Assembly (NCBI GenBank): GCA_964611435.1
Contig: CAZSXT010000005.1
Span: 88,290-152,289, forward strand
Origin: an uncultured Rhodospirillaceae bacterium
GTDB taxonomy: Bacteria > Pseudomonadota > Alphaproteobacteria > Rhodospirillales > UBA2165
Direction of reading: 5' to 3'
Length of the DNA: 64,000 bases
The position numbers and the translations under genes are program-made. The notes under the pieces were generated by a model. That model was not told where the DNA came from. It searched no databases and saw only the letters and a program-made list of their open reading frames with translations. Below, in pieces: positions 39,439 to 47,390 of the stretch (positions are counted from its first letter, which is position 1; each line of letters begins with the position of its first letter).

Positions 39439-40428
39439 ATGGATGAGGTGGTGAAAAAGGTCCCTTCGACCCTGGAAATTGAACAGATTGGCGCTTATTT
39501 GGGCGCAGAGGTACACGGCGTTGATTTCTCGAAGCCGATCGATAACGAGACGTTCGAGTTTCTCTATGCCAGTCTGTGCGAGCACGAGGTTCTGGTCTTC
39601 CGGGACGCCAACATTACCACCGAAGGCCAAATGGCGTTCGGCCGATTGTTCGGGGAATTGAGCGTCCATCCGTTTTCGCCCAATGACGAGGATCGGCCTG
39701 AACTGATTCTGTTCCAGAATGACGAGACCAACGCTCCCTTCGGCACCGATGTCTGGCATAGTGACGAGACTTTTCGGGAAGACCCGCCTTTGGCGACCTG
39801 CCTCCGCGCCCTGGATGTCCCCAAGGTCGGTGGCGACACGATGTTCGCCAGCATGACAGCGGCCTATGAAGGACTTTCGGATCGGATGAAGCATTTCATC
39901 ACCGGGCTTGAGGCGATCCACGATCTGGGGCCGTTTAAGCGCTTGTTCCCTAACACACCGGAGGGACAGAAGCAGCTTCGACATTTTCAGGCGCGGTACC
40001 CGGATGCGACCCATCCCGTGGTGCGGGAACATCCGGTGACCGGTAAACTTTCAATTTTCGTCAATCCTCAGTTTACGATCCGGATTAAAGGAATGACGGA
40101 GAACGAGAGCCAGCCGCTTCTTCAACAGTTGTTCGATTTGGCCAAGGTCCCCGAATACCAATATCGGCATCACTGGTACAACGACACGATGATTATTTGG
40201 GACAATCGCTCCGTTCAGCATTACGCGGTCCATGACTATTGGCCGCAGAAGCGTTACATGGAGCGGGTGACGGTCGCCGGTGACAAGACGTTTGGGCCGG
40301 TGGATGCGGATGCCGAAGACTCGGTCAAGAGCCGCAAAAATCCGATGCCGGCAGGTAATGGGGACAATTTCGGCGGTCATGCGCCCAAACGTCCCCATGA
40401 GCGGGACGGCGCCAAGACCGTCGACTAG
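39439..40428 (+). CDS. TauD/TfdA-family Fe(II)/2-oxoglutarate dioxygenase
   Basis: 329-aa ORF with VWHSDETF (HxD) and WDNRSVQHYA, typical of taurine-dioxygenase-like enzymes. Confidence 0.85.
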   Translation: MDEVVKKVPSTLEIEQIGAYLGAEVHGVDFSKPIDNETFEFLYASLCEHEVLVFRDANITTEGQMAFGRLFGELSVHPFSPNDEDRPELILFQNDETNAPFGTDVWHSDETFREDPPLATCLRALDVPKVGGDTMFASMTAAYEGLSDRMKHFITGLEAIHDLGPFKRLFPNTPEGQKQLRHFQARYPDATHPVVREHPVTGKLSIFVNPQFTIRIKGMTENESQPLLQQLFDLAKVPEYQYRHHWYNDTMIIWDNRSVQHYAVHDYWPQKRYMERVTVAGDKTFGPVDADAEDSVKSRKNPMPAGNGDNFGGHAPKRPHERDGAKTVD

Positions 40429-40438
40429 GCTCCGGACC

Positions 40439-41560
40439 CTATGTACCGAACTTCAGGTCGAATTCGGCCTCTTCGGATTTAAGAATATCGTTGACCCGAG
40501 GCAGGACTTGATCCGCCATTAACTCCATGGACCGCTTGCCGAGTTTTTCATCCGCCCAGTCCAGTCCCGTATAAACCAATTTGCCGAACGGGCCGATTTC
40601 TTCGCGGAACGCCATGATCTGATCCACGACACTGTCGACCGAGCCGGCGATCACCTGGGTATCCAATGACTGTTGCACGGTGATTTCTTCTTCCGGCTGG
40701 TCCGGATAGGCGCCGAACAGTCCCAGCCGACCGCCGCCCGCCAGCTTGGCCATCAAGTTCGAGAAATAAAAGCCGTAAGGTCCGTCTTCGCTGCGGGCAT
40801 ATTTCTGTGCGGTGGCGTCGTCGTCAGCGACGAAAATGCATTTGGCTACACGCCAGCCCCGCGGGTCTTCCGGTTTGCCGCTGTTGGCAAGGCCTTCAAG
40901 ATATTTTGGTAGGTGAGTTTTTATCCAGTGGGCCTGAACGTACTGGCACGATATGGGGTGCCAGTCCCGTTCCGCCGCAAGGGTGATTCCATGAGAGTAA
41001 GGGGCCAATGCGGTGACCACGACCGGCGGGTGGGGGTTGTGCAGAGGCTTGGGCACAATGCCCTGGCCGATGGCCGGGTTGTAGGTAATTTCCGTGCTGC
41101 CGCTGTTAAATTCGCCCTGCAAGTTATAGGGCGCATCGCCCCACCAAAGTTCCATGATGTGATCGAACACCTCGACCATTTTCATGTTCCGGTCCAGATC
41201 ACGATTGCCGAACATCTCGATATCGGAGGGTTGGCCGCCGGGGCCGATCCCCCAAATGAACCGGCCGTCCAGCATCTGGTCCATCATGGCCACATGTCCG
41301 GCAACCATGGCCGGGTGATAGACAGGAAGATTGACCACGCCGCTCCCCAGCTTGATGTCTTTGGTGACCGGCACCAGGCGAGCCAGGAACATGAGGCACG
41401 AGGTAATAGGCTCCGCCGTATCGGTGAAGTGCTCGCCGACAAAGGCTTCTTTGTAACCGAGCCGGTCCGCCATAATGATGGATTCGATATCCTCGTTCAG
41501 CACCTCTTGGTAATTGCGGTCCAGGGGATGAACAGGCTGGATGAAATATGAAAGGTCCAC
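40439..41560 (-). CDS. LLM-class flavin-dependent monooxygenase (paralogue of 36211..37269)
   Basis: 373-aa ORF with N-terminus EDIESIIMADRLGYKEAFVGEHF. It lies 60 nt downstream of the response regulator on the same strand. Confidence 0.82.
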   Translation of the reverse strand: MDLSYFIQPVHPLDRNYQEVLNEDIESIIMADRLGYKEAFVGEHFTDTAEPITSCLMFLARLVPVTKDIKLGSGVVNLPVYHPAMVAGHVAMMDQMLDGRFIWGIGPGGQPSDIEMFGNRDLDRNMKMVEVFDHIMELWWGDAPYNLQGEFNSGSTEITYNPAIGQGIVPKPLHNPHPPVVVTALAPYSHGITLAAERDWHPISCQYVQAHWIKTHLPKYLEGLANSGKPEDPRGWRVAKCIFVADDDATAQKYARSEDGPYGFYFSNLMAKLAGGGRLGLFGAYPDQPEEEITVQQSLDTQVIAGSVDSVVDQIMAFREEIGPFGKLVYTGLDWADEKLGKRSMELMADQVLPRVNDILKSEEAEFDLKFGT

Positions 41561-41620
41561 GCTACACTCCTCCCACCATACTATGGGTTGAGATCGCTTA
41601 GTCCAACAATTTGACGAAGA

Positions 41621-42343
41621 TTATCTGGAAACGTTAACCACCGGTACGGCAAAGATATAGCCGGCGTTTCGTACAGTCTTGATCCATTGTGGCGACTTGG
41701 GGTCCGGTTCAATCTTCCGGCGCAGCCGGGTGATACGGATGTCCACGCTTCGGTCATAAGCAGGCGTGTCATTGTTATACGCGAATTCCAGGATTTGATC
41801 CCGGGACAGAACGCGGTTCGGATGCTCTACAAACACCTTCAGGAAGTCGAATTCGCCGCTGGTGATTTCGATGACGTTATTGTCGGGATCGGTAAGCTCT
41901 CTCCGGTTGATATCCAGTTTCCAGCCATCGAACTCGTATATCCGGCCTTGTTCGCCCGTAATTTCGGATTTGGAAGTGCTCCGTCTCAGCACGCTGCGAA
42001 CACGCGCAACAAGTTCCCGCGGCTCAAATGGCTTCGTCAAATAGTCATCCGCACCCAGTTCCAGACCGACCACCTTCTCGGTCGTCTCGGTCCGGCCGCT
42101 TAGTATTATCACTCCGGCTTTCGACAAGCTCTTGAGAGAGCGGGTGAGTTCCAGCCCGTCCATGTCCGGCAGGCCTAAATCGACGATGATCAGGTCAATA
42201 TTGTTGCGTCCCAGTACTTTCAAACCGTCGGCCGCGTTGTTGGCGATGAAAGGCTGAAAGCCATTGGACTCGAGCGTATCCGCAACCACCTCGCAGGCCG
42301 AGGGATCGTCGTCGATGACCAGAACCGAGTTGCTTTCGATCAT
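41621..42343 (-). CDS. OmpR/PhoB-family response regulator (no cognate kinase in the window)
   Basis: ORF 41621..42394. The ATG at 42343 follows AAAGGAAGGGG and gives MIESNSVLVIDDD. Receiver motifs DLIIVDLGLPDMDG and LTKPF are present, with a winged-helix C-terminus (RLRRKIE...IKTVRNAGY). Confidence 0.9.
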   Translation of the reverse strand: MIESNSVLVIDDDPSACEVVADTLESNGFQPFIANNAADGLKVLGRNNIDLIIVDLGLPDMDGLELTRSLKSLSKAGVIILSGRTETTEKVVGLELGADDYLTKPFEPRELVARVRSVLRRSTSKSEITGEQGRIYEFDGWKLDINRRELTDPDNNVIEITSGEFDFLKVFVEHPNRVLSRDQILEFAYNNDTPAYDRSVDIRITRLRRKIEPDPKSPQWIKTVRNAGYIFAVPVVNVSR

Positions 42344-42421
42344 GCCCCTTCCTTTAAATGACAGAACAGCGTTCCGGCAACAGCCGCGCCGCAAACTTGC
42401 CTCTGATTATAGAAGTTGACA

Positions 42422-42448
42422 TCGGACATATGTATTTCAAGTCGGACA
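42422..42448. promoter_or_regulatory. direct repeat TCGGACA-N13-TCGGACA in the divergent regulator/hypothetical intergenic region
   Basis: TCGGACA occurs at 42422..42428 and 42442..42448, a 20-bp phasing. Each copy is followed by CATAT. The region looks AT-rich. OmpR-family regulators are known to bind phased direct repeats. Confidence 0.3.
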
Positions 42449-42649
42449 AACATATTCTTAGGAGCATCGCCGGGAATCGAATATTCATACGGTCCGTTCC
42501 AATTTGACTCACGGGACCCACATGGGCGAACACAGAGTCGTAATCTATTCTCATACACATTCTTCAGGAAGTTAGGGAGTAGCCTGTACCAGCTCTGTGG
42601 AAAACGATAATTTAGGGTTTCTGATTAGCAATTGGGGAATGGTAGCGCA

Positions 42650-43552
42650 ATGGCATCAAACAATCGTGAGATGCTGCCGGAAATCGGCGGAATCGTGCAT
42701 CTGGAGCATTTTAACTTCGAGATGCTTGAACATGAATGGGCGACCCTGTTTTTCATGAACGGTTTGGGGTTGACCCGGGATCCCTACAAGCGGACCGATG
42801 AAACCAACATGGGCGTGAATATCGGCCTGCAGCAGTTTCATCTCCCCCGACGTGGCCGGGCGACTCCGCCGTTTATTGGCGAAATCGGTCTGATGGTCCC
42901 AGGCGTGCGGGTCGTCGAGGCCCGTCTTGAGCGTCTGGCCAATCTCGGCAAGTTCGAGGGCTCAGTCTACGAAATTCTGGAGAGTGCGGAGGAGGAACTT
43001 CTCGTTCGCAGTCCTTGGGGCGTCGTTATTCGGCTATTGGAAGCCGGCAGCGTGCCGTTTTCCAAGCCGTTGGGGCTGGTCTACGTGGATATTCCCGTGA
43101 GACCGGGCCTCGCGAAGCCTTTGACGGATTTTTATAAAAAGGTCATGGCCGCGCCGGTACAGGTTCAAAAGATTGATGGTGAAACCACAGCGGTCGTTAA
43201 TATGGGCCCCTATCAATTCGTCCGGTATCGGGAACGGAAATTAAAAGACTACAATCTTCATGATTTCCACATCGCCTATTACGTTACCCACTACAACACG
43301 ATCCGGGAAAAGGCGATCAAAGCTGAAGCACTAATGGGCGATGGCGTTGGTCAGCTGTTTTTCTGCCGGGGTCCGTTCGATCCCAAGACGGGTGAGCCGA
43401 TTCTTGATTTCGTCCAGGAAGTGCGCAGTATTTATCACCCCGACTTCATGCGCCCCCTGGTCAATCGCTGGCCAATCATTGACGAGCCATTTTCCCAACA
43501 GGGAGACATAGTCAGGGATTTGGCGGCGCAAGGGCTGGACGTTGCCCAGTAG
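42650..43552 (+). CDS. hypothetical protein (possibly a two-module VOC/glyoxalase-like fold)
   Basis: ORF 42632..43552 starts at TTG; the in-frame ATG at 42650 is preferred. No family motif is firmly recognised. Two HxxHF/HIAYY-like strands (IVHLEHFNF, LHDFHIAYYV) hint at a VOC fold. Confidence 0.65.
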   Translation: MASNNREMLPEIGGIVHLEHFNFEMLEHEWATLFFMNGLGLTRDPYKRTDETNMGVNIGLQQFHLPRRGRATPPFIGEIGLMVPGVRVVEARLERLANLGKFEGSVYEILESAEEELLVRSPWGVVIRLLEAGSVPFSKPLGLVYVDIPVRPGLAKPLTDFYKKVMAAPVQVQKIDGETTAVVNMGPYQFVRYRERKLKDYNLHDFHIAYYVTHYNTIREKAIKAEALMGDGVGQLFFCRGPFDPKTGEPILDFVQEVRSIYHPDFMRPLVNRWPIIDEPFSQQGDIVRDLAAQGLDVAQ

Positions 43553-43606
43553 GTGATCCAGGCGTGAAACTTGATTCCCGGCAGGTAATCATCATCTAAT
43601 AGACAC

Positions 43607-44884
43607 ATGCTGAACTGGGTTTTCGGAAACAAGAAGAAGCGCCGCAAGAAGCCGGGCATCGGTTCGAAGCCGGCTTATGAGGTCGCGCGCGAAATTGCCG
43701 GTAGCGGGTCTGTTGATGAACGCAAGAAGCTTGCGGCTCATCAGGACCTTGAGCCCGAAATTCTGTATTTTTTCTCGACCGATGAGGAGCCAGAGGTTCG
43801 CCGCGAGGTAGCGGAGAATGTCGGCACACCGCTCCAGGCTGATCTCATTCTGTCCAAGGATAATGACGAAGAGGTTCGCGCAGAGCTGGCTCATAAAATT
43901 GGCCGGATGATCCCCGAGCTAAATTCCGACGAGAATGAGAAGGTCACCGAGATCGCGTTGGAAGTGTTGGATGTGCTGGCGAACGACGAACTGCCCCGCA
44001 TCCGCGCCATCATATCCGAGGAACTCAAGAAAGCCTCAAACGTTCCGCACGACATTATTCTCCGGCTTGCCGAAGACCTGGAAGAAATCGTCTCGGTCCC
44101 TGTGTTGGAATATTCCCCCCTGCTGAATGAACGGGACCTGTTGGAGATCATTGCCCGTGGATTAAAAAGCCGCGCCTTGATTGCGGTTGCGCGACGCGAG
44201 GCCGTATCGGAACCGGTGGTCGACGCCGTTGTGGAAACAGGTGACGGCGGAGCTGTGCAGGCGGTACTGGAAAACAAATCGGCCAGTATCAGCGACCGGA
44301 CCTTTGATCACATTGCCGAAGAGGCGGAGGGGCGGAAGGAATGGCACAACGCGATGGTTTATCGCGATGATTTGCCGATAAAGACCGTGATGCGGATTGC
44401 CAGCTTTGTCAGTGCGGCGTTGACGGAGGCGCTGATCAGCCGGAATAAGGGGGACAAAAAGCTGGTCGAAAATCTCCGGAAAACAGTCCGGCAACGGATT
44501 GAGCGGGGTGATCTGGAACCCAAGGAAAAGGAAGGCGGTAAACTTACCGCCTTCGAGCAAGCAGAGGCCGATTTTAATGGCGGGGTGCTGACGGAAGAGC
44601 GGATACTAAAGGCGGCCAAAGATGGCGAGAACGCTTATATCCGTTACGGGCTGCATTTCCTCTCTGACATTCCGCGAGACACCGTCGCCAGGATCATCAA
44701 CACGGCAAGCGCCAAGGCGATTACGGCCGTCAGTTGGAAGGCCGGCTTGGCCATGGAAACGGCGGTGGAGCTGCAAAAAGTATTGGGAAAAGTCTCATCG
44801 GGCAGCTTGATCAGGCCCACATCAAGCGGCGATTATCCGATCAGCGAAGAAGATCTCGAATGGTATCTGGAGAGCTTCTTTTAA
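43607..44884 (+). CDS. DUF2336-family HEAT-like repeat protein
   Basis: 425-aa ORF with repeated EVRREVAEN / EVRAELAHK helices. The segment LAEDLEEIVSVPVLEYSPLLNERDLLEIIARG is typical of alphaproteobacterial DUF2336 proteins. Confidence 0.72.
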   Translation: MLNWVFGNKKKRRKKPGIGSKPAYEVAREIAGSGSVDERKKLAAHQDLEPEILYFFSTDEEPEVRREVAENVGTPLQADLILSKDNDEEVRAELAHKIGRMIPELNSDENEKVTEIALEVLDVLANDELPRIRAIISEELKKASNVPHDIILRLAEDLEEIVSVPVLEYSPLLNERDLLEIIARGLKSRALIAVARREAVSEPVVDAVVETGDGGAVQAVLENKSASISDRTFDHIAEEAEGRKEWHNAMVYRDDLPIKTVMRIASFVSAALTEALISRNKGDKKLVENLRKTVRQRIERGDLEPKEKEGGKLTAFEQAEADFNGGVLTEERILKAAKDGENAYIRYGLHFLSDIPRDTVARIINTASAKAITAVSWKAGLAMETAVELQKVLGKVSSGSLIRPTSSGDYPISEEDLEWYLESFF

Positions 44885-44897
44885 AGCTCTCTTGAGA

Positions 44898-45755
44898 TTA
44901 TTGTTGCATGGGCTTGAAGCTGTCGGCCAGGGCCTCGGCTTTTTTCTTAACATCCTCTGATACTTTGCCCGCAAGCGCCTGTCGATTGATTTTGGCTTGC
45001 GGGTGTCCCGCGCGCGCGGCCAACGTGAGCCACTTCAAAGCCTCAGTCTCGTCCTTGGCGATCCCTTCGCCACGGGCCAGACGGTACCCGATATGATTTT
45101 GCGCCTTGGCGTAGCCTTGTTTGGCGGCCGCCATGAACCACTGCGCCGCCACCTTGATATCCTTGGCGACGCCAGCGCCGTCCCGGTACATCTTGCCAAG
45201 ATTGTATTGCGCCTGTTTGACACCGGACTTGGCCGCCAGGTTGATCCACTTAAAGGCTTCCGCTGCGTCGGCGTCGACGCCCAAGCCATTAAGATACATT
45301 TTGCCGAGAGAATACTGCGAACGGGCAACGCCTTGTTCGGATGCCTGCTTCAACCATTCGATTGCCGTGCCGAAATCCCGGTCCACGCCACGGCCGATCA
45401 GATAGGCAAAACCGAGATTGGTTTGCGCTTGCTTGTGCCCTTGGGCGGCGGATTTAGACCACCAGTCAATGGCAGCCTTTAGGTCTTCTTCGACGCCGCG
45501 GCCTTCATCGTACATGACGCCAATATTAAATTGGGCCCGCGCGTCGCCTTTCTCGGCCAGGCCTTGCCAGTTTGTCAATGCGTTGGCGAAATCGCCTTTC
45601 TGATAGGCCCGCCAGCCGGCTTCGAAATCCGCCAGAGCCGGGGCAGTCCCCGCCACCAATGCGCTAGAGAGCACTATCGCGGCGAAAGCCGTTTTCATCG
45701 CTGCCGGCATCCTCATGGTGTTCATTCCTTTGCCTAACATCGTTTCGGTCCTCAT
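44898..45755 (-). CDS. secreted Sel1-like (SLR/TPR) repeat protein
   Basis: 285-aa ORF with a signal peptide (MKTAFAAIVLSSALVAGTAPALA) after a short leader. About six Sel1 repeats are visible (AQFNIGVMYDEGRGV, AQTNLGFAYLIGRGV, SQYSLGKMYLNGLGV, AQYNLGKMYRDGAGV, ...). The ATG at 45755 overlaps the upstream stop (ATGA); the true start may be an internal Met. Confidence 0.85.
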   Translation of the reverse strand: MRTETMLGKGMNTMRMPAAMKTAFAAIVLSSALVAGTAPALADFEAGWRAYQKGDFANALTNWQGLAEKGDARAQFNIGVMYDEGRGVEEDLKAAIDWWSKSAAQGHKQAQTNLGFAYLIGRGVDRDFGTAIEWLKQASEQGVARSQYSLGKMYLNGLGVDADAAEAFKWINLAAKSGVKQAQYNLGKMYRDGAGVAKDIKVAAQWFMAAAKQGYAKAQNHIGYRLARGEGIAKDETEALKWLTLAARAGHPQAKINRQALAGKVSEDVKKKAEALADSFKPMQQ

Positions 45756-46366
45756 CCGCCAGTTGCCGAGAATTTGGAAACTTGGAGTCTCAGCATTTCA
45801 ATTAACCCGTTGACGCCGTCCCGCCGTATCACAGCGCCAAATTCCGACCTTTGTGTGGCAACCATGCTGACGCCGGATACCATCACATCCAGGATGCGAT
45901 GCTGGTTATTCTTTTCGCGGACCCGCCAGCCGGCCAACACCTCGGGCCCGCTTGGACGGGAAATTTTGGTCGATACCAGGATGTCTTTGCGCTTGCCGAT
46001 TTCTTTGGTGCCGACAACAGTAAACTGCTGACCGGAATATCCGCCCAAGCGCCGGGAGTAGGTCCTAAGCACGAATTCCTTGAACAATCCCTGGTACTGT
46101 TCCTTTTGGTCGGCGCTGGCCTTTTTCCAGGCCCGGCCCATCACGAAACGGCCGATGATGGCAAAATCAAAGCTATCGGACAGGAGTGCGCGGACATTCT
46201 TTTCTTTTTCCGCCAAGTCCACGCCGTCGGCGCTCAGAACTTGGAGCGCCTTGTTGCTGAGGTCATTGATGAACTTGGTCGCGCCGTCGGCGCTGGTGGC
46301 TGACGCCTGTATGGGCGACAACAAGAAAAATGCAGCGAGTACGCTGACCCAAAACCGGTGTTTCAC
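45752..46366 (-). CDS. MlaC/Ttg2D-family periplasmic lipid-binding protein
   Basis: ORF 45752..46471. The GTG at 46366 follows AGGAG and gives VKHRFWVSVLAAFFLLSPIQASA as a signal peptide. The body is MlaC-like (FDFAIIGRFVMGRAWKKASADQKEQYQGLFKEFVLRTY). Confidence 0.8.
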   Translation of the reverse strand: MKHRFWVSVLAAFFLLSPIQASATSADGATKFINDLSNKALQVLSADGVDLAEKEKNVRALLSDSFDFAIIGRFVMGRAWKKASADQKEQYQGLFKEFVLRTYSRRLGGYSGQQFTVVGTKEIGKRKDILVSTKISRPSGPEVLAGWRVREKNNQHRILDVMVSGVSMVATQRSEFGAVIRRDGVNGLIEMLRLQVSKFSATGG

Positions 46367-46515
46367 GGCGCTATCGACTCCTACTGTAATCCGGCTTTCA
46401 TATGTGACGACCGGATCGTGTTGTCTCCAGTTCGGTCCGGATGTCTGGACCGGTTCAATTCCCGAGAGCATCTTAAATTGGCGCGCATATTACCAGCGCC
46501 GGATTACACCTGCAA

Positions 46516-47232
46516 TTACTCTGCCGCTGTCTGTACCGATGCACCGGCGACGCCTTTTTGCAGCAGGCTAACCAGTTCGTCCGTGCTGTAAACGTCGCCA
46601 AAGACCTGAGCGATGGCGCCCAGTGTCGCCGTATGTTCCTCATCCGTCGGCGCGGCGTTTGCGTCGGACGCCAGCAGGACTTTGTAGTCCAGCATCATCG
46701 CGTCGCGGGCGGAGGATTCGCAGCAGACGTTGGTCAGCGTGCCGACGATCAGGACCGTATCGATGCCCTCATTTTTCAGCACCTCGTCGATATCCGACGA
46801 ACCCTGAACAAAGGCGCTGTAGCGGGATTTTTCCACGTAGAGGTCTTCATCCTCGGCGTCCAAGTTCGGCCACAAGGATTGGCCGTCACTGTCACGGGAC
46901 AGCCATTCGAGCATCTTGCTCGCGCGTTCCGGGCGGCTGATGGCGGAATAAAAGACCGACCAGTCTTCTTTGACTTGCTCGGAATGAGTCATCTGCACCC
47001 AGACGACACGGCCACCGGCATCGCGGGTCGCTGCCGCCAATTTGTTGATGTTGGGGACGATTTCACGGGCGACGGGAACCTCCGCCGGTGCGCCCTCCTG
47101 CATGAAAACGTTCTGCATATCGATGACGACCAGCGCGGTTTTGGCCGGGTTGATTTCCTCGATCGCGTGGAGCCGGCCGCGGCGGCGCATGCAGCCGTCG
47201 AGGGCGTATTGGGGTAAATCTGTGGGATGCAT
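46516..47232 (-). CDS. isochorismatase-family cysteine hydrolase
   Basis: ORF 46516..47328. The ATG at 47232 follows ACGGAGG. Motifs ALVVIDMQN and the catalytic-Cys context LTNVCCESSARDA are present. Confidence 0.85.
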   Translation of the reverse strand: MHPTDLPQYALDGCMRRRGRLHAIEEINPAKTALVVIDMQNVFMQEGAPAEVPVAREIVPNINKLAAATRDAGGRVVWVQMTHSEQVKEDWSVFYSAISRPERASKMLEWLSRDSDGQSLWPNLDAEDEDLYVEKSRYSAFVQGSSDIDEVLKNEGIDTVLIVGTLTNVCCESSARDAMMLDYKVLLASDANAAPTDEEHTATLGAIAQVFGDVYSTDELVSLLQKGVAGASVQTAAE

Positions 47233-47291
47233 GGTTTCTAGCCTCCGTTGGGTATGTCCGTTGGCCTTATGGTAGCACACTGTCTGAGCCA

Positions 47292-47312
47292 ATTTGAATG
47301 CCAGATTCAAAT
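47292..47312. promoter_or_regulatory. operator-like palindrome ATTTGAAT-N5-ATTCAAAT in a divergent promoter region
   Basis: Perfect 8-bp inverted repeat at 47292..47299 and 47305..47312, flanked by GCCAA...TTGGC. It lies between the isochorismatase-family gene and the monooxygenase/reductase fusion gene. Confidence 0.35.
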
Positions 47313-47390
47313 GACTTTGGCATGGCATATTGTTCGGCTGAAACGGTTTGCTAGACTGGCGCCTACCAGATTTCGCAAATGGGTGCCGGG

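Noticed and set aside
32595-47232. tRNA-Met as the attachment site of a genomic island covering the accessory genes downstream.
   Set aside because: No integrase, excisionase, transposase or conjugation gene occurs in the window. I did not spot a duplicated copy of the tRNA 3' end downstream, although I could not run an exhaustive search. The content change may simply reflect ordinary chromosomal organisation.
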